Assembly (NCBI GenBank): GCA_964393205.1
Contig: CAYMSV010000002.1
Span: forward strand, 96,843 to 160,842
Origin: an uncultured Pseudomonadales bacterium
GTDB lineage: Bacteria; Patescibacteriota; Microgenomatia; UBA1400; PJMF01
Direction: 5' to 3'
DNA length: 64,000 nucleotides
The stretch's first letter is position 1, and each line of letters starts with the position of its first letter. Below, piece after piece: positions 10,378 through 23,231 of this stretch. The notes below the pieces were generated by a model. The model had not been told where the DNA came from, did not search any database, and worked only from the letters and a program-made list of their open reading frames with translations. The translations under genes were made by a program, and so were the position numbers.

Positions 10378-10620
10378 ATGCCAATTTTAAAAAGTGCTAA
10401 AAAAGCCCTGAGAGTCAGCAAAAGAAAGAACACAATCAATCGAAAGCTGAAATCTCAAGTCAAAACGGCCATAGATCAAGTTAAAAAAACTCCTAGTGCA
10501 GATAATCTGTCTCTGGCTAGTAGTAAAATCGATCGTGCTGTCAAAAAAAATTTGATTCATAAAAATAAAGCAGCACGACTCAAATCTAAACTTGCTAAAC
10601 TTAAGCCACAATCAAAGTAA
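10378..10620 (+). CDS. rpsT: 30S ribosomal protein S20
   Basis: MPILKSAKKALR...IHKNKAARLKSKL. Confidence 0.97.
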   Translation: MPILKSAKKALRVSKRKNTINRKLKSQVKTAIDQVKKTPSADNLSLASSKIDRAVKKNLIHKNKAARLKSKLAKLKPQSK

Positions 10621-12446
10621 TGGCAAATTTATCTAGAATTAGAAATTTCTCTATTATTGCTCATGTTGATCATGGTAAAACTACCTTAACTGACGTTTTT
10701 TTACGCTTAACCAAAACCGTATCCGAAAATAAATTTCACGAACGCATGATGGATTCTAATCCCATCGAACAAGAAAAGGGAGTAACCATTAAACTGGCTC
10801 CAGTGCGCATGAATTACAAAGGGTATGTTCTGAACTTAATTGACACTCCAGGACATGTCGATTTTGCTTATGAGGTTAGTCGTTCGCTGGCAGCTTGTGA
10901 AGGAGCGGTGTTACTTGTCGATGCTAGTCAGGGAGTACAGGCTCAAACCTTAGCTAACTATCAAAAAGCTAAAGATCTTGGATTAGTTATTATTCCAGTT
11001 ATTAATAAAATTGATTTACCTTCAGCCAATATTGAACAGTGTTTGTTAGAAATGATGGAAATTTTTAATTTTAGTGAAGAAGAAATCCTGCAAGTTAGTG
11101 CAAAAACCCAGTTAGGTGTAGAAAAAATTTTGGAAGCAATTATTAAACGTATTCCTGCCCCACAATTCAAACTCACTCAAGAACAAAAAGAAACAACTAA
11201 GATAGAAAATCAAGATAAAGAAACAGATAATACTCAAGCATTAATTATTACCTCCACATTTGATAACCATCAGGGAGTAATTGCTTATATCAGGGTGGTG
11301 AGAGGTCAAATTAACAAAGAAGCTCTACATCTAATATCAACTGCTATCGATTTTAATCCAATTGAAATTGGAGTGTTTGTTCCTCACCCTGTTAAAAAAG
11401 AGTTTTTAACAGCCGGAGAAGTAGGTTACATTGCCACCGGACTAAAAGAAACCAGTCAGTTAAAAATTGGTGATACTATTACGTCTGTAAGAGAGAAAAA
11501 ACAAGCAGTTCCTTTACCCGGGTATCAAGAGCCTCAAGCTATGGTCTTTATGGAACTTTATCCAATTGATAGTAAAGATTTTACTGAATTAAAAGAAGCT
11601 ATGTCTAAATTAACTCTCCATGATAGCGCTCTGCAATATCAAGCTACCAACTCAGCAGCACTGGGTAATGGCTTGAGAGTAGGCTTCTTAGGTATTTTTC
11701 ATGCTGAAATTGTTAGAGAAAGATTATCGCGAGAATTCAATTTAGAATTGATTAGCACTGCTCCTTCAATTACTTATCAAATCACTTTAACTAATCAAGA
11801 AGAAACTTTAATTCACAGTCCAACTGAATTGCCAGATGCTGGTCAAATTAAAGAAATTAAAGAACCAATTTGTCAACTAAATATTTTCTCTCCAGAAAAG
11901 TACTTATCAGCAATCATGAAATTTTGTCAGGAAAGAAGAGCACAATTAAAAGATAGTATGCGAGCTGGAAATCGCAATCAACTCAAGTATGAAATTCCTT
12001 TAGCTGAACTTGTCAGTGACTTTCATGATCAACTTAAATCTATTACTTCTGGATTTGCTTCAATGGACTATCGTTTCAGCCATTACAAGGTGGTCGATGC
12101 CGTCAAAGTTGATATTTTGATTAATTTAATAAAAATTGAAGCTCTTAGCTTTATCATGATAAAAGATAATGCTGAAAAAAAAGCTAGAGCCATAGTTAAA
12201 AAACTCAAAGAAGTTGTACCTAGACAAATGTTTGAAGTACCAATCCAAGCTGCTATTGGTGGAAAAATTATTGCTCGAGAAACTATCAAAGCTTTTCGTA
12301 AAGACGTAACTGCTAAACTCTACGGAGGAGATCGTACACGACGTATGAAATTACTCAAGAAACAAAGTCAGGGTAAGAAAAGAATGAAGCAATTCGGTAA
12401 AGTCGAATTGAATCAAGAAGCTTTTTTAGCTATCTTAGAAAACTAA
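10620..12446 (+). CDS. lepA: Elongation factor 4 (LepA)
   Basis: IRNFSIIAHVDHGKTTL, DTPGHVDF, NKID and C-terminal RKDVTAKLYGGD; TAATG overlap with rpsT. Confidence 0.97.
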   Translation: MANLSRIRNFSIIAHVDHGKTTLTDVFLRLTKTVSENKFHERMMDSNPIEQEKGVTIKLAPVRMNYKGYVLNLIDTPGHVDFAYEVSRSLAACEGAVLLVDASQGVQAQTLANYQKAKDLGLVIIPVINKIDLPSANIEQCLLEMMEIFNFSEEEILQVSAKTQLGVEKILEAIIKRIPAPQFKLTQEQKETTKIENQDKETDNTQALIITSTFDNHQGVIAYIRVVRGQINKEALHLISTAIDFNPIEIGVFVPHPVKKEFLTAGEVGYIATGLKETSQLKIGDTITSVREKKQAVPLPGYQEPQAMVFMELYPIDSKDFTELKEAMSKLTLHDSALQYQATNSAALGNGLRVGFLGIFHAEIVRERLSREFNLELISTAPSITYQITLTNQEETLIHSPTELPDAGQIKEIKEPICQLNIFSPEKYLSAIMKFCQERRAQLKDSMRAGNRNQLKYEIPLAELVSDFHDQLKSITSGFASMDYRFSHYKVVDAVKVDILINLIKIEALSFIMIKDNAEKKARAIVKKLKEVVPRQMFEVPIQAAIGGKIIARETIKAFRKDVTAKLYGGDRTRRMKLLKKQSQGKKRMKQFGKVELNQEAFLAILEN

Positions 12447-13234
12447 AAGAGACTAGTTGGCTCAAATTTAAAATAGCGGATATTAGCTTCTTCACGAATT
12501 GTTTCTAACCATTCTTGTTGAGCTTCAGTTCTTTTTTCTTGAATCACCTGAGCTTCAATCTGCTCCCTCATTTCTTCAAAATCAAGATCTTCACCCAAGA
12601 ATTCTTTATTGGTTTCGAAATATTCTAAGACTTCTTCTTCGCTAACCTGAATTTCTTCAGCTAAAATTTTATCAACTTGTAAGTTGAGACGAATATCTTC
12701 TTCAACATCTGCTCTAGTGAGGTTTTGCATAGCCAGAATATCATCTAAGTTTTGACCTTGAGCGCTTAAGCTCTCTTCAATCTCAGCTATTTGAGCAGCC
12801 ACTGCTTCCTCGTCGATCTCAACATTAGCTTCTTTAACAGCTTGATCAACTAGTTCTCTAGTGATTAAAGACTCCAAAATTTGACTGGCTCCTTGTTGTT
12901 CTAATTCTTTAATTACTTGAAAACGAGTGATGGGTTTACCATTAATAGTTGCTACAATTAATTGGTCTTTCAAAAACCAAAGTGCTAGCAATACTATTAA
13001 TATAATAATAGGCCACAATATTTTTTTGGGTTTTATGGTTTTGCTTACCTCTATCCTTTTATTAACAATCTGATTTGTTTTTTTATTTGCAACTTTTTTA
13101 GTTTTATTGGATTTTATTTCCTTTTTGCTATTTTTCTTTGTTGCTGGAACAGTTTTTTTAGACTCAGGTTTTTTCTTAACAGTCTTTTTTTTATTCATTT
13201 GTGACTGAGTTTTTTTAGTTTTTTTAGCTGGCAT
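12443..13234 (-). CDS. SurA N-terminal domain / PrsA-like chaperone lacking the PPIase domain
   Basis: Lys-rich N-terminus, TM, VATINGKPIT and helical SurA_N; no parvulin motif. Confidence 0.8.
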   Translation of the reverse strand: MPAKKTKKTQSQMNKKKTVKKKPESKKTVPATKKNSKKEIKSNKTKKVANKKTNQIVNKRIEVSKTIKPKKILWPIIILIVLLALWFLKDQLIVATINGKPITRFQVIKELEQQGASQILESLITRELVDQAVKEANVEIDEEAVAAQIAEIEESLSAQGQNLDDILAMQNLTRADVEEDIRLNLQVDKILAEEIQVSEEEVLEYFETNKEFLGEDLDFEEMREQIEAQVIQEKRTEAQQEWLETIREEANIRYFKFEPTSLF

Positions 13235-13390
13235 ATCAACCTTTCTCTTAATTAAAAATCTGATTTAATCATCTTTTCAATAAGAAAAAATCAGACTGTA
13301 TCAAAGTTATCATCTTTTTAAAAAAATTACTAGGGGAAAAAGCTGAGGATTAGAGGTATAATAATTTATTGGTATAATTATTTAAGAATC

Positions 13391-14008
13391 ATGAAAAAAA
13401 GAAAAGTTGAAGATTATTCTGAAATCATGAAGAACGAAAGAGTCAATAATAATCCTCTCAACTCTTATATTACTAAACCAAACAAAATTGCTTTTGAACT
13501 ACAAGATCGTGATGAAGAAATAATTTTGATTCTACGACAACACCCTATCACTCAATTAAAAAGTGCTTTACTTTTGATTTTTGGTTTTTTCATCGTGCCT
13601 TGGTTATTACAACTATCTGGATTAATTGATTTTTTACCATCTCAATTTCGCATCGCTTTTTATTTATTTATTATTGTACTTTTTATTGGCACAAGTCTTA
13701 GATGCTTTTTATTATGGTTTTTCAACGTTTATATCATCACTGACGAACGTATTATTGATGTTGATTTTCTGTCAATGATTTATAAAAACATCTCTACTGC
13801 TAAAACTGAAAATATTCAAGATGTTACTAAAAAAAGCTCTGGAATAATGGCTACAATTTTTGATTATGGAACAATACTCATTCAAACTTCAGCCACAAAA
13901 AATGAGTTTGAATTTGATCACGTACCGCATCCAGCCCGAGTTGCTAAATTACTTAATGAACTAATTCTTGAAGAAGAGAGAGAGAAAGTAGAAGGGAGAA
14001 TTAACTAG
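13391..14008 (+). CDS. Membrane protein with bacterial PH domain (bPH_2)
   Basis: LRQHP, 2 TMs, YIITDERIID...IQDV...DYGTILIQT. Confidence 0.8.
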   Translation: MKKRKVEDYSEIMKNERVNNNPLNSYITKPNKIAFELQDRDEEIILILRQHPITQLKSALLLIFGFFIVPWLLQLSGLIDFLPSQFRIAFYLFIIVLFIGTSLRCFLLWFFNVYIITDERIIDVDFLSMIYKNISTAKTENIQDVTKKSSGIMATIFDYGTILIQTSATKNEFEFDHVPHPARVAKLLNELILEEEREKVEGRIN

Positions 14009-14232
14009 TGTTAGGCCCAACTATTAATCAAGATCTAATATTAGCATTATTTAAAATTGCTTTTGTTACAGGATCTTTTTTCTATTTAATTTATTCTTTT
14101 GTTATGGCTAAACAAATCAGAATTATGGAAAAAACCCTAATAACCGGCTTCAGTAGCATCATTACTCTGCTTGGATATATCAACTTAACTATAGCCGTAC
14201 TTACTTTACTTGGATTTTTATTATTCCTCTGA
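14008..14232 (+). CDS. Small 2-TM membrane protein (DUF5657-like, CPR)
   Basis: Two hydrophobic helices around KQIRIMEKTL; its start overlaps the upstream stop. Confidence 0.6.
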   Translation: MLGPTINQDLILALFKIAFVTGSFFYLIYSFVMAKQIRIMEKTLITGFSSIITLLGYINLTIAVLTLLGFLLFL

Positions 14233-14277
14233 AAATTGGCTTAAAAAAAGAGCTATAGATACAAAAAAAACCCTTTG

Positions 14278-14394
14278 TTCTGGCCTCGACCTATCTTCGC
14301 AAGGGAAAATCCCTAACTATTGTCAGCGCTGAGACGTTTCAAGACTCTGTTCGGGATGGGAAGAGTTGGGACCATCTCGCTCCAGAGACCAGAA
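14278..14394 (-). rRNA. rrf: 5S rRNA
   Basis: Reverse complement contains CCCATCCCGAAC, with terminal helix TTCTGG/CCAGAA; about 117 nt, downstream of 23S. Confidence 0.93.
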
Positions 14395-14509
14395 CAAAAG
14401 GTTTTTTTCTAAAGAACAATTGTTAATTATATAACATAAATGCTCTTAAACATGTGAAGAAGTCAACTGCCGTCCAATAACAGTCTTCGAAATTAACGAA
14501 GACTAATTA

Positions 14510-17424
<2,915 letters not shown>

Positions 17425-17490
17425 GAATCATTGAAGTCTTCATTTTATTTCTCGACTATTATTGAATAACAGTTGATAAAATTCTTCACA

Positions 17491-17502
17491 TGTTAAAGAG
17501 CA
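17491..17502 (-). promoter_or_regulatory. boxA antitermination element in the 23S leader; 5' arm of the processing stem
   Basis: Minus strand reads TGCTCTTTAACA, the exact boxA consensus. 17482-17502 is nearly perfectly complementary to 14441-14461 downstream of 23S. Confidence 0.75.
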
Positions 17503-17608
17503 CTTATTACTAGCCACCAATTAGTGACTACTTATTAGCCTCTAGAAGTTCCGCTAGGAAATCATCCAAAGCCTAATAAGTAAACACCAATGTTAATTCA
17601 ACTATAAG

Positions 17609-17685
17609 TGGTGGACCCTAAGGGGCTCGAACCCTTGACCTCCACATTGCAAATGTGGCGCTCTAGCCAACTGAGCTAAGGGCCC
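17609..17685 (-). tRNA. tRNA-Ala(TGC)
   Basis: GGGCCCTTAGCTCAGTTGGCTAGAGCGCCACATTTGCAATGTGGAGGTCAAGGGTTCGAGCCCCTTAGGGTCCACCA forms a cloverleaf with anticodon TGC and encoded CCA. Confidence 0.97.
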
Positions 17686-17779
17686 AATATTAAGCCGCTT
17701 TCAAAGATCATGCACTTAGTTGACGGAGGGAATCCTCAAGGCTGAGCCTTTGATAACGGATTGTCGCGAAGAGAGTGTA

Positions 17780-17808
17780 ATTATAAGATTAAAAAAAACA
17801 AAAAGCAA
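17780..17808 (-). promoter_or_regulatory. Sigma70-type promoter of the tRNA-Ala/23S/5S unit
   Basis: Minus strand TTGCTT-N17-TATAAT, followed downstream by boxA-like TGATCTTTGAAA (17699-17710). Confidence 0.7.
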
Positions 17809-17820
17809 GAGTAAATTTAC

Positions 17821-20160
17821 TTATAAAAGTTGGGCCCGTTGGCCAATTTCTTCCTCTAGCAATTCTTTATCTTTACCATATTTTAAACGAGATAATTTTT
17901 TAACTAATTCTGCTAGCTTAGGATTCATTTTAGCATCCTGAGCCTTCATATCTTTAATTAAGGACATACTAAAAGCACTTACAGGCTGATTATCAACAAT
18001 GGTTTTTACATAAGCATGATACTTTTCAACATTAGCCAAGTCTGTTTCATTAAAGGTTGGAGCAAACTCATGTTGCAAAAAATTAGCATCAGTCACACCT
18101 ACTCTAAAAGCTACCATCGTACCCACGTTGCCAAAAACTGCGTTTTTAATATCTTCCTCAATCTGTCCAATAAATTGATTAGCCACAATCAAATTCAACC
18201 GATATTTGCGAGCCTCAGAAAGAATAGAAGCAAAATCTTCGGTAGCAAAGTTTTGAAATTCATCTACATAAAGGAAAAAATCACTACGTTTGTCCATAGA
18301 TACGTTTTGTCGACTCATGGCTGCTGTTAGAATTTTTGGCACTAAAATTAAACCCAAGAATTTAGCATCTTCCTCGCCAATTACCCCTTTGCTCAAATTA
18401 CATAGAATAATTTTCTTTTCATCCATAGCTTTACGAAAATCAAAAGAACTTTCACTTTGACCAATAATGTTGCGCATCGTTTTATTAGTTACAAAACGAC
18501 CAAATTTAGAAACAATATAGTCAAGTACTTCAGACTTGTGAAAGTCACTGGTGCTGGCTATTTGATCAGTCCAATAACGCTTAACCATTGGGTCTTTGAT
18601 GAAAGGTAGATAGTCTTCAACATATTTGGTGTCAGTTAAAATTCTAACTAATTCAATAAAGGTTGCGCCTGGCTTAGACATAATAGTCAACATACCGTTG
18701 CGAATAGCATGCTCGAACCTTGGCCCAACAATACCAGTTCGATGGGGATCATAGAGTTTATACATTAAGCCAATCACAGCACTAGCCATAAACTGTTGTT
18801 GTTCATCATTGTGTGCTTCCATAATGTTCATACCTAATGGTCGTTCAGTATCTGCTGGATTAAAATAAATTACATCTTCTGCTCTTTCTGGCGGCATTAA
18901 TTGCAAAAGATCTTCAACTAAATCACCGTGCGGATCAATTACAGCTACACCTTGTCCAGATTGAATATCTTGAAGGGCCATATCTTTAAGAAACTCTGAC
19001 TTACCTGTGCCTGTTTTACCAATTATGTAAGTGTGGCGGCGGCGATCTTCAAGAGACATATAAATACCACGCTCAGTACCTCGATATTTGGATTTACCAA
19101 GATACAAACCTTTAGTAGGAATTTTGTTAGAAGCTGGTGCACTCTTAGCGCTAAGCCAACGGATATGATGGGTTTCCACTGTTTTATTAGGAAAGTGCAT
19201 GACTGTGGCTAATTCCTCAGTATTGAGAATAATTTTTTTACTAGAAAAAATAGAAAGATATCGATAAATGAAATCAATCATAAATAAATGTTTAAAGAAA
19301 ATTCTGGCTCGCTTAAATTGATTGTGTGGAGAGGAAAATTGAGAAAAAGCTCCAATTAAATTATTGAGGTGGGCTTTGGCAGTTACATCATTATTAGCGG
19401 ACACCACCATTCTAATAGAAATACGAAAACCTGGCTTACTGGTTTTGGTATTAATGGCCTCAACCTCTTTTGGATCATGAGTGTAACTAGCTGTATCTGG
19501 ATCTGCTTCTTGTTTCTTTTGTTTTTGATTATGGCGCTCACCCTTTTTTTGCCAAGGTCGACCAGCAGGTTGTAATAAAATTTGTAAACTAGCCCCTTCA
19601 CCATCACTCATCTTTGAAAGAGCACTAGTAATTAAAGATAAGCCATCAGTAGCCAAATCTTTGTAAGTTTTAATTGGGTAAAAATTAGCTTTTTCTAATT
19701 TAAGCTCACTAAAAGCTACCCGACCAGTATCATTGAAAATATTAACTTCATCAACTTCACTAATGGCAGCAGACGGATAAGCTCCATTAATTTGTTTTTC
19801 TACTAAATCCTGAATGTGGCGAGGACAAGTTACATAAAATGCAATATCCTCTTTCATACCAACAATTTCGAAGCCAATTGTTTCCTCAGGCTCTAAAAAA
19901 GAGAGAAAGCCAACTTTTTTGAGAGAATAAAGACCAGCAAACATTTGCTCAGCTGCATCAATCTTTATTTCATTACTTTTTGGTAATTTGACTAATAAAG
20001 TGACAAACTTCAGAGCATATTTTTCTCGGCGCCGATTCTTAATAAAAATACCTAAGGCATAAAGCAAAAAAGAAACAATGCCCAATAAAATAAAAACTGT
20101 TAAAAGATTAACAATAAAAACATTGGCTTGTGATAATATTTGTTCTCCTTGCGGTGACAT
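17821..20160 (-). CDS. VirB4/TraD/HerA-like P-loop ATPase (DUF87; conserved CPR type IV secretion-like ATPase)
   Basis: N-terminal TM, RRRHTYIIGKTGTGKS (Walker A), IDPHGDL, LYVDEFQNF (Walker B) and LSEARKYRLNLIVANQ. Confidence 0.88.
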   Translation of the reverse strand: MSPQGEQILSQANVFIVNLLTVFILLGIVSFLLYALGIFIKNRRREKYALKFVTLLVKLPKSNEIKIDAAEQMFAGLYSLKKVGFLSFLEPEETIGFEIVGMKEDIAFYVTCPRHIQDLVEKQINGAYPSAAISEVDEVNIFNDTGRVAFSELKLEKANFYPIKTYKDLATDGLSLITSALSKMSDGEGASLQILLQPAGRPWQKKGERHNQKQKKQEADPDTASYTHDPKEVEAINTKTSKPGFRISIRMVVSANNDVTAKAHLNNLIGAFSQFSSPHNQFKRARIFFKHLFMIDFIYRYLSIFSSKKIILNTEELATVMHFPNKTVETHHIRWLSAKSAPASNKIPTKGLYLGKSKYRGTERGIYMSLEDRRRHTYIIGKTGTGKSEFLKDMALQDIQSGQGVAVIDPHGDLVEDLLQLMPPERAEDVIYFNPADTERPLGMNIMEAHNDEQQQFMASAVIGLMYKLYDPHRTGIVGPRFEHAIRNGMLTIMSKPGATFIELVRILTDTKYVEDYLPFIKDPMVKRYWTDQIASTSDFHKSEVLDYIVSKFGRFVTNKTMRNIIGQSESSFDFRKAMDEKKIILCNLSKGVIGEEDAKFLGLILVPKILTAAMSRQNVSMDKRSDFFLYVDEFQNFATEDFASILSEARKYRLNLIVANQFIGQIEEDIKNAVFGNVGTMVAFRVGVTDANFLQHEFAPTFNETDLANVEKYHAYVKTIVDNQPVSAFSMSLIKDMKAQDAKMNPKLAELVKKLSRLKYGKDKELLEEEIGQRAQLL

Positions 20161-20185
20161 ATTAGTTGTCTTATTTTAGCAAGTT

Positions 20186-20890
20186 TTAAACGTCTGTGCT
20201 ATTCTCGACTTCTTCTTTATATAGTACTGCGCCTGCAAAAATCTTCCTTATCTTGTCTGCCCATTCCGCAAGCCAACGTAAACTAAAATGGGTGTTTTTC
20301 TTTTTAGCAAGTTTTTGTTGAGTTTCAGTAATAGGCAATACTACCACTGGCTTAACTGTGCTTGATGGAGCCTGAGCCTGAGTTGCTAAGTTATTAATAG
20401 TAGCTTGCTGTTTTTTGATTGACTCTTGGTCCGCTTTTTCTTTATCAAACTCTTTAATTTCTGTCAATTCTTGACCAATTTCTGCTATTTCCGCAGACTC
20501 ATTATTTTTAGCCTTTTCAGCTGATTTTTGCTCAATCGCAGAATCTTGATCTGCAGCTTCAATCTGTTGCTGCTGCTCTGCTTTTGCTAAAGATTCCGGT
20601 GTAACTTGCTTTTCAGCTAAAATACTTTGATTTTTACTATCGAGTTCTTTTTGACGTGAAGTGCGCGCAGGCGTATTTACTGATAGAGAATTTTTCTCCT
20701 CCACTTCTCCAATCGCTTCCTCAAGTAAATCCAAGGCTTGCTTATTTGATAATACTTTTGGCTGTTCTTCATCTGTTTCTGATAAAGACTGTAGGCTTAA
20801 AAATTGCTTCAGCTTAGGATATTTCTTTAAATCAATGTTTTTTAGCAATGAAGCTGCAGCTCGATCGTTAGGCATGAGACCATCATACAA
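20186..20890 (-). CDS. Hypothetical protein (charged coiled coil, C-terminal VVLPIT...SLRWLAEW)
   Basis: 234-aa ORF co-oriented with the ATPase, 25-nt gap. Confidence 0.6.
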   Translation of the reverse strand: MYDGLMPNDRAAASLLKNIDLKKYPKLKQFLSLQSLSETDEEQPKVLSNKQALDLLEEAIGEVEEKNSLSVNTPARTSRQKELDSKNQSILAEKQVTPESLAKAEQQQQIEAADQDSAIEQKSAEKAKNNESAEIAEIGQELTEIKEFDKEKADQESIKKQQATINNLATQAQAPSSTVKPVVVLPITETQQKLAKKKNTHFSLRWLAEWADKIRKIFAGAVLYKEEVENSTDV

Positions 20891-20981
20891 GTTTTTGCTT
20901 ATAGAGAAAAGAGAGAGTTAGAAAATTGCTATTTATCAAAATTAATTATTTAAAAAAACTATGGATAAAAAAACAAAAAAA

Positions 20982-21500
20982 TTAAAATAAATTTCTATAA
21001 AATTTTGCCCCAAACCATTCTTCTGTTAGAAGACCAGGTGCTGTCTCCAAAACCATGTCTACTGCTTGTGGTGATTGATAAATTGCTAATTGATCTTCAT
21101 CTTCTTCAAAAACTGGTCTGCTGGCTTGACGAGTACAATCTAGCAAAACATGCCTATCAAGCCAACAAATATCTATATCAAATTTCATATCCTTCATCCA
21201 AAACTGCTGAATCTTAGCCAAGGGAAAAACAAAAAGCATGCCATCTATTTCTTGACCACTTACAGTTTGCAATTGATCACGATTAGATAGACCTTTCTTT
21301 ATTGATCGACCATCTTTAACAAGCTCTACCAATATGCTCTGACCTTGAAAACTAAAGAAATTATCTTTTAAAACTAACTCAACTAATTGACCATCTCTTA
21401 CAAAAAATGACCAAAAAAAGCGCTGATAAAGAAAAATTAAAAAAATGAAAAAAGAGATGATTATTATTAATAGTTTAATAATTTTGAATTTACTTTGCAT
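20982..21500 (-). CDS. DUF192 family protein
   Basis: KGLSNR, GMLFVF, FWMKDMKFDIDICWL and VLET. Confidence 0.9.
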   Translation of the reverse strand: MQSKFKIIKLLIIIISFFIFLIFLYQRFFWSFFVRDGQLVELVLKDNFFSFQGQSILVELVKDGRSIKKGLSNRDQLQTVSGQEIDGMLFVFPLAKIQQFWMKDMKFDIDICWLDRHVLLDCTRQASRPVFEEDEDQLAIYQSPQAVDMVLETAPGLLTEEWFGAKFYRNLF

Positions 21501-21502
21501 AA

Positions 21503-22003
21503 TCAGTACTTAAATAATAAAAATAATAATATTAGAAAATAAAGAAAAGAAACCATTTTAACAATTTTAATCTCTGAAACTGCCAATTTCTTTTTTACAC
21601 CCATTAAAAAGTATTGATTAAATTTTTCTGTTCGTGGTGCTAATTGATAAATTTCTATAAAAATCACTAAATTTAATGCCAAAATTAAAGCTATTCCTGC
21701 GATGCTGCCAGTAGAAGTTAACATAAAAATACTTAAAAACGGCAAACTAACTAAGAACAAAGGGCTTCTGGTTATTAAAATTTTCTGTTCCAATTCTTCA
21801 GAATAAATTTTTTGTAAATATTTTTCGTCTCCTAACATTAAAAATAAACCCAAGGTGTAGGCAAAAATAAACATCAAAATTTGTAAATAAAAGTTATTGA
21901 TTTGCCACTGCTCTCTAATCATGCAAATTAGAACAAATAAAAATAATGCTACAAACAAGAATATTTTTTTACTTTTTTGTTGAGACTTGCTAAAAACCCT
22001 CAT
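21503..22003 (-). CDS. Hypothetical multi-TM membrane protein
   Basis: 4-5 hydrophobic helices; operon-like spacing. Confidence 0.65.
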   Translation of the reverse strand: MRVFSKSQQKSKKIFLFVALFLFVLICMIREQWQINNFYLQILMFIFAYTLGLFLMLGDEKYLQKIYSEELEQKILITRSPLFLVSLPFLSIFMLTSTGSIAGIALILALNLVIFIEIYQLAPRTEKFNQYFLMGVKKKLAVSEIKIVKMVSFLYFLILLFLLFKY

Positions 22004-22013
22004 AGTTCTAAAG

Positions 22014-23213
22014 CTACTTGTTAATTCTTTTTAAAGATAAAACCTTATTACTAGCCCGATCAACCTGATTTTGAAAATCAAGTGAATCTTCGTATTTTTT
22101 CTCCAAATTATTTAACAACGAAGGTAATTGCTCATAATCAAAACCCAGGCCAAAAAGTAAAACATGATTGCCAGCTTCAATGGCGCTGATAGCAATTTCT
22201 GAAAGACTTCGTGTTTCACTAGTACCAGGTAAATAACTTGCTGAATCCATCAATAAATCATCACTAATCACTAGAGTTTCTGGATAAAACTGGAAAAGTT
22301 GGTCCAAACATTGCTTGCTTAGTGAACAAGGCTGACCAGCCAACTTGTCTCGTAAACGCAAATGAGCAGACATCACTCCTAGATTGGGATATTGATCAAG
22401 TAATTTTTCAAAAATAAGAGTGTCGTTTTTGTCTAAATCAACCGTATCTGGAGTAATGTGTAAATCCTTTTGACTACTACCTATTCCAGGAAAATGCTTT
22501 AATACCGGCATAATTTGCCAATTAGAAAAAGCTTGGATATACTCTTTGGCAATTTGCACTATTTTGTCCGGATCATCACCTATTCTACTAGTCAAAATTG
22601 GGTGAGCATTTGGTGAATAATCGACTACTGGAGCTAAAACCAAATTAATTCCTACTTCAGACAATTCTTTGGCTGACTGATTGAGCAAACTATTGCGCTC
22701 CCTAGCATTTAACAAATTTGAATTTTGATTATCTTCCGAAATTCCAATGCTAGCTGTTAATTGACGCATACTAGGAAGAGTGGTAAATCCTTCTCCACTC
22801 AAACGCTGTACCAGTCCACCTTCATGATCAACAGCTATTAGAGGTAAAACTCCATCTTCCTCAAAAATTTCTAATAAACTATCTTGATATGCTTTCGCTG
22901 TATTAAAACTCACTTCTTCACCAAAATAAACAATAAATCCAGGTTGATATTCTTTTAATAGTTTTAGGGTTTCCTTATCTTCTATACCCATTTTGTTATC
23001 TAGCAATAATGGTAAGGCTAACATTTGACTAATTTTTTCTCTAGTAGATAAATCTTTAATAGAAGATAACTCAACTTCTTCTACAGATTCTTTGTCAAAT
23101 TCTTCCACCACTGGTTCAGGAAAATATTTTAGAAAAGGTTGTTGAAAATAATTGTAAGCCAGAAAAGAGGCTAAAAGAGTTAATAAAATAATTAAAACAT
23201 TACGCCATTTCAT
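22014..23213 (-). CDS. GH3 beta-N-acetylhexosaminidase (NagZ-like), membrane anchored
   Basis: AVDHEGGLVQR, LAPVVD, KHFPGIGSSQKDLH (D-x-H dyad) and ISDDLLM nucleophile. Confidence 0.88.
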   Translation of the reverse strand: MKWRNVLIILLTLLASFLAYNYFQQPFLKYFPEPVVEEFDKESVEEVELSSIKDLSTREKISQMLALPLLLDNKMGIEDKETLKLLKEYQPGFIVYFGEEVSFNTAKAYQDSLLEIFEEDGVLPLIAVDHEGGLVQRLSGEGFTTLPSMRQLTASIGISEDNQNSNLLNARERNSLLNQSAKELSEVGINLVLAPVVDYSPNAHPILTSRIGDDPDKIVQIAKEYIQAFSNWQIMPVLKHFPGIGSSQKDLHITPDTVDLDKNDTLIFEKLLDQYPNLGVMSAHLRLRDKLAGQPCSLSKQCLDQLFQFYPETLVISDDLLMDSASYLPGTSETRSLSEIAISAIEAGNHVLLFGLGFDYEQLPSLLNNLEKKYEDSLDFQNQVDRASNKVLSLKRINK

Positions 23214-23231
23214 AAAACTATTCTACTAGAA

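Noticed and set aside
17821-20160. Conjugative element/ICE
   Set aside because: No relaxase, integrase, other T4SS genes or att repeats; the context is core genome.
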